DNA of 64,000 nt from Lama glama. Taxonomy: Eukaryota. Position 1 is the stretch's first letter. Each line of letters begins with the position of its first letter. This document shows positions 1 to 13,840 of this stretch, piece by piece. The DNA lies in contig CM052816.1 in the NCBI GenBank assembly GCA_028534125.1, positions 49,044,001-49,108,000 of the forward strand. The letters run 5' to 3'. The position numbers and the translations under genes are program-made. The notes beneath the pieces were generated by a model. The model saw nothing but the letters and a program-made list of their open reading frames with translations. It had not been told where the DNA came from and did no database searches.

Positions 1-29
1 CCCAGAACAAGAATAATAAAGAAATAGTG

Positions 30-438
30 CTGGCACCTCAGAACGCCTGGACTTACTCCTGACCATTTATTATACTCTCTTGCCCAGGACAACCATTATT
101 CTGACTTCTAACAATATAGTTTAGATTAGCCCGCACTTTTTTCCTTTACATAAATGGAACTATTCAGAGTTCTTTTGTGCCTGGCTTCAATTGCAGAGTA
201 TTGTATTTGTGAAATTCATCCAAATAGCTGGCTGTAGCTTTTTATTTGCATTGCAATATAGTGTTTCAGACATACAAAAATGTATTATCCTTCCTGTGGC
301 TGTTGGATATGTGGGTGTTTCCTAGTTTTCGTCCAACATAAATAAGTGCTAGAAGTATTCCAGCACATGTATTTTCGTGACCTATTTATCCATTTTTGTT
401 GTGTGTAAGAACAGAACTGTTTAGATATATCATATTGC
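30..438 (-). mobile_element. Ancient L1 (L1M-type) 3' region fragment
   Basis: Antisense L1 3'UTR-like motifs (ctgacttctaac, ataaatggaac...cttttgtgcctggcttc, ttcctgtggctgttggata...tttcctagtttt); heavily diverged. Confidence 0.65.
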
Positions 439-920
439 TGTATTTTTCTGCTGTTGCATGACAAATCAATTGAGATGTAAACACAAAAACATTCTATAGG
501 TTCATTATTCTGAGGTCTGGACTGGACATAGCTGGGCAATTTTCCTGCTAATGTTGCTTCCACATGTAGCTTCATCTAATTGGTTGGTTGTGGCTGGGAT
601 TAGCTGGAATAATGGCACAGCATACCAACTCTCTCCATGTAGTTATAGCCTTCTCTCCATGTAGCCTTTTCATGTGGTCTCTCCAGCACAGGAAATGAAT
701 TTCTCATATGTTGCTCAAAGTTCCCAATAATGCACAACACAAGAGTTGCTAGGCCTTTTTCAAACTGAGGTCCAAAACTAGCACTGCATCCCTTTACCAC
801 ATTTTTTTGGCAAAATCATTTCATAGGTTCAGACCAAATTGAGGAAAATGAGACCCCAGAAGAGCATGAATACTGAAAGATGTGGTTCATAATAGGCCAT
901 CAATATAACAGACCGCTCCA
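439..920 (-). mobile_element. MaLR solo LTR (MLT1H/I-like) interrupting the L1
   Basis: Starts tgtatttttctgctgttgcatgacaaa and ends catgaatactgaaagatgtggttcataataggccatcaatataacagaccgctcca, resembling the two ends of an antisense MLT1 LTR. Confidence 0.7.
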
Positions 921-2420
921 TCTACCTTAATAGTTTTTATGGAGTTTGCTCTGTGATTTTCCATTCTTATGCTGTGCTTGTTAGATATTGAAATTGGGGT
1001 CATGCTGGATACATAAAAACAGCTGAAAAGTGTTCTTTTCTATTCCCTGGAACTGTTCATGCAATATTGTTGTTTTTATCTTTCTTAAATGTTTGGGAAA
1101 ATTTACCAGTGAAGCCATATGAGCCTGGGATTTTCTTTGTGGGAAGATTTTAAATAAAAGATTCCATTTTTAGGCTAAATATTGGCCTATTTCTTTTTTT
1201 GTTAGTTTTTGCAAAGTTATAATTTTGAAAACGATGTTCATTTAGTACATATTATGAGACTTACGCTTTAATTTTTATCTTCTTTTTCTTTGTTGATATC
1301 GAATAGAAGTGTATTAATAGCTCCTTCATTATACTCATTGATTTGGGCTCCATCACTATTATTTATTTCTACTTTCTTTGAAATTGATTGGCTATTATTT
1401 TCTTCTTGAGATGGAAATTTAGGTAACTGAGTTTAAGCCTTTTGTCTGTTCTAATAAAGGCATTTTAAGTCTATACCAATTTCTGTAAACACTAATTAAG
1501 TTAGTCTCTCATTGTGAATAGAGTGACAGTGAAGTCATGACATAAGTATCTTTGAATTTCATTTTGATGATTGTTAGTATTGTATTGTTTACTTGCATTT
1601 ATTTGGGGTTTCTGGTTATTTTTCTCCTTATTGATTTTTAGCTGTATTATATTGTATTCAAAGAACATATGTTGAATTTTTTCAAACATTTAAGGACTTT
1701 TTGAAGCTTTATTTCTTGCCCAGCATATGGTTTACTTAATATTTTTGTGGTAATTGTTCTGACTATATTTGAAAAAGTATGAATTCTCCCGATTTGGGGT
1801 GTAATTTTGTATGCATGCTCATTAGTCACATTTCTTCTTATCTTTAGTACCCTTTCTGTTGTTTCCCTAGCAGCTATTGAGAGAGGTACCTTAATGTTTT
1901 TGATTATCTTGGCGATTTCTGTACTCCTTCTTTGCCATTTTTGATTTTTTTTCTTTAATTTTGAAGCTGTAATTGGGTGTGTACACAAGTAGGATAGATT
2001 CCTGATGGCTTAACCTCTTCATCACTTTGAAGAGCGCTTCTTTATCTCTAATAAAGTTTCCCGCCTTAAAACACTCTTTGTCTGCTAGTATTATAACTTC
2101 ATCAGCTTTATTTTTGTGATTACATAGTAATTTACTTCCTGTTAGTTTCACATTATCTGTGTACTACTCTTTATGGACATTAAATATCCTGAATTTTTTA
2201 TTTGGATCAGACACTCCTGGGGGAAAGCAGTCCCCAATATTTAGCTCATTTTTCTGTATTTTTCTCTTCTAAAGATTGGTTACAATTATTATTATTTTTT
2301 TTTTGCAATCTTGTTTCTGGTATCTTCAATTAAATATTTTTAAAATGTATAGGTCTTCTAGTTGTTCTTATGAGGGAATGTCTCCAAATTATGTAGGCAA
2401 CAACTACCAGAAGTAAATTT
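921..2420 (-). mobile_element. Ancient L1M ORF2/5' remnants
   Basis: ttaccagtgaagccatatgagcctgggattttctttgtgggaagattt is a typical antisense L1 ORF2 stretch. Minus-strand ORFs 1647-1988 and 1891-2151 give endonuclease-like fragments (QESILLVYTPN). Confidence 0.7.
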
Positions 2421-2574
2421 TATCTTAATATATGCAACATAATACTTTACTTAGCTGGTAATCTAATGCTATTAGTGAACATGTTTGATTCACCTCCAAC
2501 CAGGCACTCCACACAACAGTCTCCCAACCCAAATTGTTTTTATACCTCAAACTCATTCAATCGAAATAAAGATT

Positions 2575-2695
2575 TTTTAAAATTGTAGTAAGAAAATTTG
2601 AAATGAGACCAATCCTGTTACCAAAATTTTAAATGCACAACAATGTAGTGTTGTTAACTGTAGGCACAATGTTATAAAGCAGATTGATTTCATAT
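2575..2695 (-). mobile_element. Short L1MA-type 3' end fragment
   Basis: aaattttaaatgcacaacaatgtagtgttgttaactgtaggcacaatgttataaagcaga resembles an antisense L1MA 3' terminus. Confidence 0.55.
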
Positions 2696-2805
2696 AAAAT
2701 CAAGATAACCTCTCAAGTATTTAGATAAGTTTCAGAAGTGTTACCTCCATTCCTACAAGAGAAGATTTTTCTCCTTTGCATTGCTTTTAAGTCACAGACA
2801 ATAAT

Positions 2806-2861
2806 TGGTGTAAGAAGCATTCATCATTTCAAGCATTTCAGTGGTGTAAGAAGCATTCATC
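2806..2861. repeat. 20-bp perfect direct repeat with 16-bp spacer
   Basis: tggtgtaagaagcattcatc at 2806-2825 and 2842-2861. Confidence 0.95.
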
Positions 2862-3560
2862 TACTTTTTAAAATGGTTATTCTAGAGTTTACTCTTCCTA
2901 TCAAAGTCTCACATTACTGTGTTTTCAAATGTTAAGCTGTGTGTTAGTGAATGCTGCATACTTCCTTATCAAAACTATTAAAACTATTATGAATCAGACA
3001 TACTGGTTCTCAAACACTGAAATCAGGCAGATTTCTGTATGATGAAAGTTGATACTTTTAGTGGGAATTTTGCTTTTTCTTTAAATGGAGAGGTCTCCCT
3101 GAAAACAGTGGTTCAAGCTTTCTTTTCACCACCATGCTCAAGGATTGCTATGAAAGAATGAAAAAATTCTAGAACTAGAGCTTCAGAAAGAAAAATAAAC
3201 TTAAAAGAACACTTCCTTCTCATCAGATCTATTTGGCAATTTGAAAGAAGTGAATGAGTAGTAAAATAAGAATTTATTTTAGAGTTTATTTATCTGTTTA
3301 TTTTTTGTTATCTGGTGGTAAGTAAAAGCATTATCTCATAGAAGGCAATGCTTGGCAAATTGCATTTGTCCTAAGGACTTAACCTGAAAAACATTCAGGA
3401 GAACTGACCATGACAGTTTTCTATGTTCTTATTAAGATGATAGACATCATAAACTATGTTATTTAAATTTTTTGTATAACTGTAGGTCATCACCAATTAA
3501 GAGAAACAAGAAAGTGGCTTGTAAATAGTAACATGTTCAGTTAATCGACAATATACTTAC

Positions 3561-3591
3561 AGTAACACCTTCCATAAAACAAATACCAAAT
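3561..3591 (-). other. Candidate 31-nt micro-exon of an unidentified gene
   Basis: Minus strand reads tttctgtctcatttatctcag|ATTTGGTATTTGTTTTATGGAAGGTGTTACT|gtaagtat. Splice signals only; no partner exons identified. Confidence 0.2.
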
Positions 3592-5859
3592 CTGAGATAA
3601 ATGAGACAGAAATATATGATATTGCTTAACAAAGAGTTTATTTTTAACTAAAATATCTTTGTTAAACATATTATCTTTATTGATATTTCTGATTATTATA
3701 AAAAGGAATCGGTTGGTATAAACTGTGTATTTATAACACAATTTTATAGAAGATTTAAAATTTTAGACATAGTTCATATAAATTCTATCTTGCTATTACT
3801 TTAGAAGTCAAACATTTACCATTATATAATTAAAATCACTTAATTTCAAAAAACAACCATATTATGAAATACTTAGCTCAGATGCATGCAGAATGATTAG
3901 GAAATACTTTTTCTGGCTAGTAACACTGCAATAGTTTGTGGAAATAAAGGGATTTTTTTGTGGTTTTCTTTGATATAATATGTACAACCCAAAGTCCACA
4001 TGCACAAATGCAAAAATAAACATTGTATTTTAGCAGAGACACGATATTTGTGTCTCACTTTAAAATTTAAAAATACACAGATTAAACATAACAAAATAAG
4101 ACACCAGTTGCCCCATGAACTATTTTTGCCTTCTGATACCCATCTTTTCTCTTGGCAACACGCACATGCAAAGGAAAACAAACACCCACATTCGTACATA
4201 TTCAGATTAAATTTTTTCCCACATCATAATAATTCAATTAGTCAACAGTTACGTTTCTTTTCCTCAGTTGACATAGTTTTAAAACAGTTCATAATATTTA
4301 CTAAATTGATGAGCTGTTTTGGCATTAGGTTAATAGTCATTACTACAATAGACAAATATTGCAAACTTTTTAAAAGTACTTGTTGCTGACCCTCAACATT
4401 CATATTTTTAGGATCTGATACAAATGCCTAGTAATCAATTATTTTTATGAGAAGTTAAGGGAAAATTAATTCTCATTCATAGTAGAGTGAAGACTGTGTG
4501 CAAGAACATCCTAACCTAAAATAATGAGAAGAGCGAGTATTGTATTTTAATAAATTTATAATCAGAAGAAGAAATATTTTAGAAGAAATTTTAATACTAG
4601 AGGGTGATTCTTTTTTAAAAAAAAATCTAAATTCATCATTTACTAACATTTAGAGAGATGAGTGTCAAGAGTAATTATTAACTCAAGAACAAAGACTTTT
4701 ATAGAGTCTAAAAAGATTATCATCTATTTTTGGGAAAATTGATAGAAAAAAACCTAGGGGTATTCATTTCTAGTTTACATATTATGATCGTAGATTCTAC
4801 ATTGACCACATGTCCTAGGAGCTCTGTCAGCAGAGCTTATCCTCATATCTGTTAAAATAAGAGTTTCACCGGTTTTAGAGCATTGTTATTGACATACATA
4901 ATTATTTAAGAGGAAAGTCAATGTTATATGAAACTGTAACTATACAGTTATAGAAATTTAGCTATATCATAGCAGATTCAATAATAAACACACTGTGAAT
5001 TAGCCACACAATGTTATACTTTAGAACTAAGGAAAATTTTCAAAAGAAGGAAAAATATGCAAATTTTAGGAAGCTAATCAAAGTTAGGATCCATGGTAGC
5101 ATGGCTCAAATCTGGGAGAGTTGAGATTTTCTCTGAGTTGGAATAGACAGAACTTCATCTTGCCACAATAAAACATTTATCTCATATTACTAGAAGATGA
5201 TTTGGAGCTATTGTATCAGTAAGCTATAATTGTCCTAGTAGTCTGATTGAAATTTTTTCCACTGGCATTTTTAATTTCCTATGCTAGTTTCCAGGGCCCC
5301 AAGACATTTGAAAGGTGGTAACAATGTAGACAATTCAGGCAAACCACTGAACACTGTAACAAACTGGATTTTCTTTGGAACTTACTGGTTAGCCTTGAAA
5401 GAACCATTATTTATTCTTGGGGAGAAAACTTTTCCTGCTTTCACTCAGTCTCTATAAATGTCCAGGAGGATGTCACTGCTAATCTTCTCAGGTTGAAGCA
5501 TTTAAGCAAAATATGGATATATATCTGTGAAGAGAACCCTCAGTGAAGTCAGATATTTGACTCAATGATATTAAACTAAGTTCCTCTTTTTACTTCATGA
5601 AAAGGTAAATGTAAAAAAATAAAAATCAGTGGTCTTCATAACATCTTATTTTATTAGCAGCCAATAAACACTTATAGTCCCAGTATTTACCTGAAATCGT
5701 GTGACAGCAGAATATCATATATATCAGACTGATTTGGATGCCATTGTATTACAATCAGGAAGAAAAAAAAGTAAAATTAAGTATTTGAAATTATGTTGCT
5801 TGTAATAATGGACTGAAATTAAGAGATGGAGATAGAAAATTATAGAATGGTGTAAGAAA

Positions 5860-6150
5860 CTCATTCATATAGTATGGTTATTGGAGTAAAATCTCTCAGA
5901 AGAGGTACCATTGAAGTTTATATCTAATGGAGGAAAAGTCCATTAGAGTGGAAGTAGAACATTTAAGATAGAAGAAAAAACATGCAGGTTGGCCCTGTCC
6001 CTTGGAACAGTGTGATAGGCAAATGAACTTTATGATCAGTTGGGCTACACCACAATACTTGAAGAGAACAGTCATAAATAACTAAGGTGAAAATTGGGTA
6101 AGGGAGATCTGATTTTTTTTCTTTAATTGCAAGGGAAACTTAAAAAAAAA
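5860..6150 (-). mobile_element. L2 fragment (left part, split by L1MC)
   Basis: Purine-rich antisense L2-like text (ctctcagaagaggtaccattgaagtttatatctaatgga...) that continues after 7015. Confidence 0.45.
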
Positions 6151-7012
6151 AATAAAAGAGAAACCAACACACCTATCAGAATAGCCAAAATCTGAAACAC
6201 TGACAACACCAAAGGTTGATAAAGATGTGAAGCAACAGGACCTCTCATAGCTAATGGGAATGCAAAATGGTCACTCCTTTGGAAGACATTTTGAAGGTTT
6301 CTTACAAAATTAAACATACTCTTAACATACAATTCAGCAGTTGTGTTCCTTGGCGGTTACCCAAAAGAGTTGAACAATTAAGTCTTCAACAAAATCTGCA
6401 CACAGATATGTAAAGCAGCTTTATTCATAATTGCCAAAACTTGGAAGCAAACAAGATGTTCAGTTGGTTAATGGATAAATAAAATGTGGTTTGTCCAGAC
6501 AATGAAATATTTAACGCTAAAATGAAATGAGCTATCAAGTCGTGAAAATATCTTAAATGTACATTGCTAATTGGAAGTAGCCACTCAGAAAAGGCTATGT
6601 AATGTATGATTGCAACTGTATGACATTTGAAAAGGCAAGACTCAAGACAGTAGAAATATCACTGGATGCCAGGGATTTGTTGTTGGGATGAGGGAGAAGA
6701 AGGAGAGATGAACACAGTATTTTTAGGGCAGCAAAAATACTCTGTTTTATACTATAATGATGGCTACATGTCAATACACATTTGTCTAACCCACAGAATG
6801 TGAACTCTAGTGTAAACTATGGAGTATGGGTAACTGTGATGTGTTAATGCAGATTCATCAACTGTAATAGCTATTCCACTCTAGTGGGGGATGTTGATAC
6901 AGAGGAGGCTATGCCTATGTAGGGTCATGATGTATACGTGAAATCTCTGTATCTTTCTTTGAATTTTGCTGTGAACCTAAACTGCCTGAAAAATATAAAA
7001 TTGTTAATAAAA
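6150..7012 (+). mobile_element. 5'-truncated L1MC1/L1MC2-like LINE 3' end
   Basis: ORF2 C-terminal remnant followed by the characteristic 3'UTR end gggggatgttgata...gaaatctctgta...ttttgctgtgaacctaaactgc...aaaaata. Confidence 0.85.
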
Positions 7013-7014
7013 AC

Positions 7015-7400
7015 TTGCAGTTGAAAGCTGTTAAAGGATTTTAATGGAGATATTAACATGAGCTAATGTACATTTTAATGGGACTTTTGTTGCTCCATGG
7101 AATATGTAATTAAGGGGCCAAGGAGTAGATGTAGAGAAGCTGTTTGAGTAATCACTGTGAGAAATTTTTATGTTCTCTGCTAAGGTGGTAGCAATAGAAA
7201 TTGAAATGCATTGATATATATTGGATTTTTTGTAGATACAACAGTAATTTACATATATATACAAATGATCATTTTTTTCTGGACTGGATGTAGGAATGGA
7301 GGAAGGAGACACAGAATTAAGATATCTTTATAAAAGTTTCTGCCATGAACAATTGAATGGATGGTGGTATGGTTACAGCTATGGCTGGGGTAAACATACT
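7015..7400 (-). mobile_element. L2 fragment (right part)
   Basis: ttaaaggattttaatgg...ggtggtagcaatagaaa...ggactggatgtagg...aattgaatggatggtggta are antisense L2-type motifs. Confidence 0.6.
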
Positions 7401-8229
7401 TCTTGTCAGGATGTATGCTTTCACTTTCAGAAGTGTTCTGGTTACAGAAAATGTTATGGTTGGCATAGCTTTGGAGAGAATGGACATGATAGCTGGCTTT
7501 GTATATGATTGAGGTATATAAATACATACAAGTGGAGTTTTACAAATACCACAATATTAATACCTTTTTAAGCAGAGAGTCAGACATTAGGTGAATGTAG
7601 AAACTGAATCCTTTGGTAAAATTTTGGGATTGACATACTTCCCTTGAAAATGCTTGGGACTTGTCTATTACCTTTGTGTGAAAGAAAAATTATACTTAAG
7701 CCTATTTGATTTTATGAGCATTTTATATTTTTGTACTTCTTCAATCTTTTCAGAACTGTCTTGTTAACATAAAAATTATGAAAAACTATTTTATTCTTTT
7801 TCTCATGCTGCTAAGACATGATTGGAAAAAATTATGCAATTCTGCAATTTTGGCTTCATTTTACAGCCATGCTACAACTTCAAATGTACTGCAAAGTTGG
7901 TTGACTTATATTCATTTTAGGTAACATTTTATTCAAGTTTTTCAAACTTAAGTAAAGTACAGATACTAAGAATAAATTCTAAACTTACAAGAATGTTTCC
8001 AATTAATCCTAGAATTCCACAGATAGCAATTTGAGAAATAGTTCAAAAAACTGAAGTATATAGTCCATGAAACCATGTCAGTGGGTAGAGGAAACAGAAT
8101 CACAGTCCAGGGCTGCTGAGGAAGCTTAAATTTGAGGGTTAGAATACTGAACAGGAAAGACTTTAAAGAGAAACAGCTTAAGAAATCTCCAGTGGCCTTT
8201 TGTGCCTCTGGCCACATCATAAGCTCTCT

Positions 8230-11200
8230 ATAAGAGAAGTGAGACTCTTCAAGGCCTGGAAGAAAACATCACTGGGAAGCCTTATCTTCTAATTATAACC
8301 ACTTTGGCCCTAGTGAAAAATGTACTCTGGATCTGTCCCAAATGGATCCAAGTAAACCTTGACAGAGCAGTCTGATCCAATAGCAAATATATTGCCTTCA
8401 AGAATAAAACTCTACAGTCTTTAAAAAAAAATAAAATCTAGAATCTCAATAAAGTAGCCATACAAAAGGTCAGAAATTTCCAATTACAAGTTTTCTAGAT
8501 ATATGAAGAAAAAGAAAACATTGAAACCAATAGTAAGGCAAAAATCTGTCAATGCAGTGAAACCCAGAGATAGTTCATATGCTGAAATTTGAATTCAAGG
8601 AATAAAGATCAACATAATGAGTGAATAGATGAGCAATCTTAGAAAATAATTGGAAACTGTTAAAGTAACAAATGAAAAGTCTAGAGCTGATAACAGCAAA
8701 TTGAACACTGTAGAATAAAAGATCAGTGAACTGGAAGATATAGCACTTAAAATTATACAATGTAGAAAAAGAGAAACAAATAAAAAAGAAAATAGATTTT
8801 CAGTGACCTGTGAGATAATATTAAATAGTCTAATATATGTATCAGGAATCCCAAAATTAGAGGAGAAAAATTATAGAGGAGAAAAATATTCAAAGAAATA
8901 ATGGCTGAAAATTTTACAGAACCAACTGTACATAAGTTATTCTACATTTTAAAGTATAAATATTTCATATGTTAAATAGAAATATAAAAAGTATAAATAT
9001 AGATTAAATGTGAAAGTTTATTTTAAAATCATATGGAGTCGATTTTATAAAATAAAAATCTGTAAATATGTCATAGGTAAAATTGAAAAACAGAAAAAAT
9101 ACACAATATGCAAACACTAAATGTAAGAATACTTATCTGCCTATGTTAATATCAGGTAAAATATAATTCAAGAAAAACAATATGAGGTAACAAATACATA
9201 ATGAAAAGGACTCTTTATCAGAAAAATATTAGGCTTATATATAAGATTAAATATAGATCTTCAAAATAAAAAAGTAAAGTTGCATATTTCAACAAAACTC
9301 ACTCTAATTATTAAAAGAAACACACACACACACACAAAATTCCTTGGAGTTTAAAAAATTGAAAAAGATGAACTAGCTTAACCATATTGGCATTATAGAG
9401 CAGTATGCCAAATATACAACAGAAGAGAGAGTCTGTATAAATGCATATAGAACATTAACCAAGATAGATCATTTGTCAGGCCATATAACAAGTTTTAATA
9501 AATTTTTCACAATCTTAAAAAAAATGGTTATTTAACTCTAATGAAATTAAACTAGAAATCAGTAGTAAAATACATCTTTAAAATCCCTAAATATTTATAA
9601 ATCAAATCACATATTTCTAAAAACATGTGTTAAAAAAAGAAGTTAGAAAGGAATTTATAAAATATTTGAATTGAATGAAGTATAAATATAACATATGAAG
9701 CTTTGTAAATTACAAATAAATTAGTATCTGGAAAAATTATCATATTAGAAAACAAGAAGACTGTAAAACTAATGATGCACTCTCCACCTTTGAAAACTTA
9801 GGGGAAAAAAAGACATTAAAAACAAAGTGGCTAAAGGAAGTAAAATTTAAACTGGTAAGTGTGGCAATGAATACATTAGAAAATGGGCAAACAGAAAAAA
9901 GGATAACAATGTGTTCTCAAAAAAATATTACAGTAATTTGTAAACCACTATAAGAATCATTAAGACAGAAAAAGAGAAAATAAAAATTACCAATAAAGAA
10001 AATGAAAGAGAGGACATTACCTCAGATCATTAAAATCATAACAAGTGACTGTAACCAACAGATTTATGTCAAAAACTTGGCACCTTGGATAAAATGGAAG
10101 GTACAAAAATGACAAATATTACAAGACTAACACAAGACACAAAAAATGTGGTCTTTATCTGCAAAGCAATTTTGGAAAAGAAGGATAATGTTGGATGGAA
10201 TATACTGCCTGATTTCACCTCACTCTAAAGCTATGGAAATTAAGATAGGCCGGTAATAGCAGAAGCATAGGCATATAGACCGATAACAAAAAAGAAAGAA
10301 TAGAAATAAACTCATCCAAGCAACTGATTTTCAGCAAAGTCATTGACAAGTTCATGGTATAAGAAAGGGTTTTTTCCCCCGTCAAATGGTGCTGCAACAA
10401 CTTTATATCCATATGGAAAAGAATAAATTGATGTTCCTTCTAACACATACAAAATTAATTCAAAATGGCCCATGGGCCTAAATATTAAAGCTAAAATTAT
10501 AAAGCTTATAAGATAAAACAAAAGGAAATATCTTTATAACTGGATTGACACCATTTTCTAAAAAGGGCACAGAAAGCAAATTTTTAAAAGAAAAGTGCTA
10601 AATTGTGTTTGAACAAGAACAAAAATCACTTCTCTCATCAAAAGAACTTTTAAGAAACTGAATAAAGCTATATATTGAAAATATTCACAATACATATATT
10701 TGATTCCCCAAAAACCTGTATACAGAAAATATATAGAACTCCCACAACTCAATAGTAAAAAGGCAAAAAAAAGTTAAAATTTCATAAAAGATGCAGAAAT
10801 GCAGTATTCAGTGCTCAATACACATCTGAAAAACTGTTCAGTGTCATTAGTCACCAGGGAAAAGTAAATTAAAACTACAGTGAGATACCATTACAGGTCT
10901 GCCAGGTGGATAATTATATGAAGACCAAAACCACCAACAATGGGAATGCAGAATGGTACACAAACTGTCCTAGCAGTTTCTAATAAATTTCACCTACCTT
11001 GTGATGCAGTGATTTCATTCCTACATAACCGAGGATAATAAAATATATTTGTACATTTAGGTTCTTGGAATCTATTTATTCATGATAGTCAAAACTGGAA
11101 ACAAGCCCGATATCATTTGACAAGAGATGGATGCTATAGAAAAGAAAAGTATTATACAATGCCAGTAGAAAAAATGAACTAAAAATATACCTAATAATAT

Positions 11201-11495
11201 GGATGTACTTCAAAAACATCTTCCTAGAAATGCATATGCTGCATTTATGAGTCTATTTCTAGAATAATAGGCACACAAATCACTTGTGTTAAAAATCAAA
11301 ACAGTGATTTCTTATGGGGAGTGCCCAGAATTGACTGGGAGAGAGCATGAGAAAATTTCTGGAAAGATAGGGACATTCTTTATCTTCATAGGGCTGTTGA
11401 GTATATCAATGTACATGTGTACGTGTTTGTCAAAACTTGTCAAACTGTACACATAAGATCTGTGCATTTTAATACCTGTAAATTACATAAAATTT
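8230..11495 (+). mobile_element. Degenerate L1ME-like LINE: ORF1, partial ORF2 and 3'UTR with internal deletions
   Basis: ORF1-like aaaagatcagtgaactggaagata; ORF2-like gaaattaaactagaaatcag and tcaaatggtgctgcaacaact; 3' end caaactgtacacataagatctgtgcatttt. Confidence 0.8.
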
Positions 11496-13724
11496 CCTGT
11501 TGGAGGACTTATTTACCACCCCAGTGTATATTGTGAGTACTTGTTTGTTTTCTTCCTATATAATAAGTGTCTACTTTTTTATATTTCTGTGAACCTTTCA
11601 GGGACAGAGATATTGTACTAGTACTTAAGTAGCTGGTGCATATTATCAAAAGAATAACTAGCTTTAAATTAGGAAATTCAGAAAGTAACACTTCATACTG
11701 AGAGATAATTCAAACAGTGGAAATCTCAGCAAAAGAAAGAGATGGAGTGGGTGGGAAAGAAAACGTGGTTAGCTAGAAGCGGGAACCTACTTGGTAGAGA
11801 CTGTTTAGCATATCTGATGGAAAATGGCAAACGTTACCAATCAAAACTTCTCCTCACTATTACCCTCTTCCAAGAGTCTCCTTACCAGCATACCACAGGA
11901 AGTGAGATTGTTTTGTTCTTATAACAAAATGGTTATATATTCATCTCAGATTTCACACATTTAGAAGAATAGCTGGAAGAGTTAATATCTTTAGAACAGG
12001 GGAAGTTATATCATGTAGATGATGGCTACTAAATAATCTATTTGTAATAATAGTTTTGTAATTTTTAGACATAGCAGCATATAACTAAGCACAGGATAAT
12101 GAAAATATTAAGATTTCCCCCCCAAATTAGTAGGAAATAGGAACTAATTCTGAGAAAATCCCTAAGATAGTGTAGTGATTGAAAAATATAGTAATGCTAT
12201 GTTAGCAGCAATAATAGCAGAAAAAGTGAAATAGCTTGAGGAGCTAAGCACTGATATAAGCATCACAGAGAGGAGCTTGGATCTTAGGAAAAAAAACTTT
12301 AATAAAACTTCATATTGAAGCTAATCAAGCTCACTTCTCTTGGGGCAGTAACTACTTGAAAGAATTATTGTTTAGTACATAGAAAACAGCGTAGAAAAAG
12401 TGACGTATCTGACAAGCTTTCAGCAAGTTGAAGTAGGCCTTTAAAACTACATATCAAGTTTTTAAAAAATCTTGTTGGATTTGTCTTTCTGTGGCCTGAA
12501 GCAACTGAATAATAATAATTTTTAAAAGGATAATGTAATGTTACTAAACAATATAAATGCAGTACAATTATGTGTATCACATTTGACATTATTCAGTATT
12601 TGGGGAAGAATTTATGGCACTATAAGAAAGCATGATTTATTGTCCCCTAGTAAAATGTGAGTCTCAAAATTATGCCAGTTTTTGTCCTTAAGAATTGACA
12701 GAGTATTATTTAAAATAACTACTTGGGAAAATTACAATTTAATATATACAGCCTATATACTTTTCTAATTACATAAAATATTAGAAAAATATTTTGAATT
12801 TTAAAACTTTAGGATTCTCTATAGCCAAAAATAAATAAATAAATAAAGTATAATCTGACATGTTACGTTACTTTTTAAATTACCCGTTCTTTTCCCTAAA
12901 GAATTTGATTCAAAAACCATAAAATATCCTCATAAATTATAAATAAACATATACTGGGCAGTATGAGATAAAATTTTAGTGTTAGCCACTTCTTTAGTAC
13001 AAAATTTTGAAAAAAATCAATATTTTTTTGTGAAGTTTCTTAAAACTAAAGCATGTAGTTTATTGTTGAAAAATTCCTTTTGGAGTCACATTAAATTTAG
13101 GGGTTTTTTTTTAATTGGAAATTAACCTCTCTTTAGGAGTAAGATAATTAAAACATATTTATGAGGTAATCACTTTCTTAACTGAAACGTTCATTTAGAG
13201 CTTAAAGAGATCTGTTTCACTTCATATAGAGTTTTCCTATATACAGAAAGGGAAATAACCATCTTTTGCAATTAAGCATGGTTTGAATTTGTTTCTCATC
13301 TCCCAGACCAAAGGGTGACTAATATTACTGAAGTTTATCTCAGAGTTCTGTTAGAAAGTGGGGAAAGGGTCCTCAAATATTTAGAAATACCTGATTTTAC
13401 CAAGGATTAATTCCCAAATTATCATAAGACAAGATCCTCATCTTTTGTTTTATCAGATAACTTAGACTATGTTCCTTTTAATCCAGCCTCATCTTTGACC
13501 AGTTTAATCCTGAGGAGGAAGACATACCAAATGAAATTCATGTAACTTACAATCCAAATAAGTAGGACTCAATGCAAAGGTTGAGATGGAAGTTTTTCTT
13601 AGAGTAATAATCAGGCCTTCATCACTTTCTTTTTGTTCCCAAATGCCTGACTTATTACAGGATCTAAAATATCTCACTTGAAGGTAAGATACCATCTCCA
13701 GAATATTAAGTACAAATATTTAAT

Positions 13725-13840
13725 TTATTAATGTATTTCCATACTCAACAACTATTTACTGAGCAATGTTTATGTATTCAGCATTGTGTAGATACAGAAG
13801 AGATTTAAAAGGTACAATCTTCAAGAACCTTAAAGTCAAT
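13725..13840 (-). mobile_element. L2 3' end fragment
   Basis: ctcaacaactatttactgagcaatgtttatgtattcagcattgtgtagatac. Confidence 0.55.

Noticed and set aside
4000..4389. 129-aa plus-strand ORF and overlapping minus-strand ORF
   Set aside because: No recognisable protein similarity or exon structure; length is compatible with chance.
13661..13683. Plus-strand 23-nt micro-exon (ttattacag|...|gtaaga)
   Set aside because: Splice-like dinucleotide pairs occur often by chance in 64 kb; there is no supporting context, and it is on the opposite strand to the 3561-3591 candidate.
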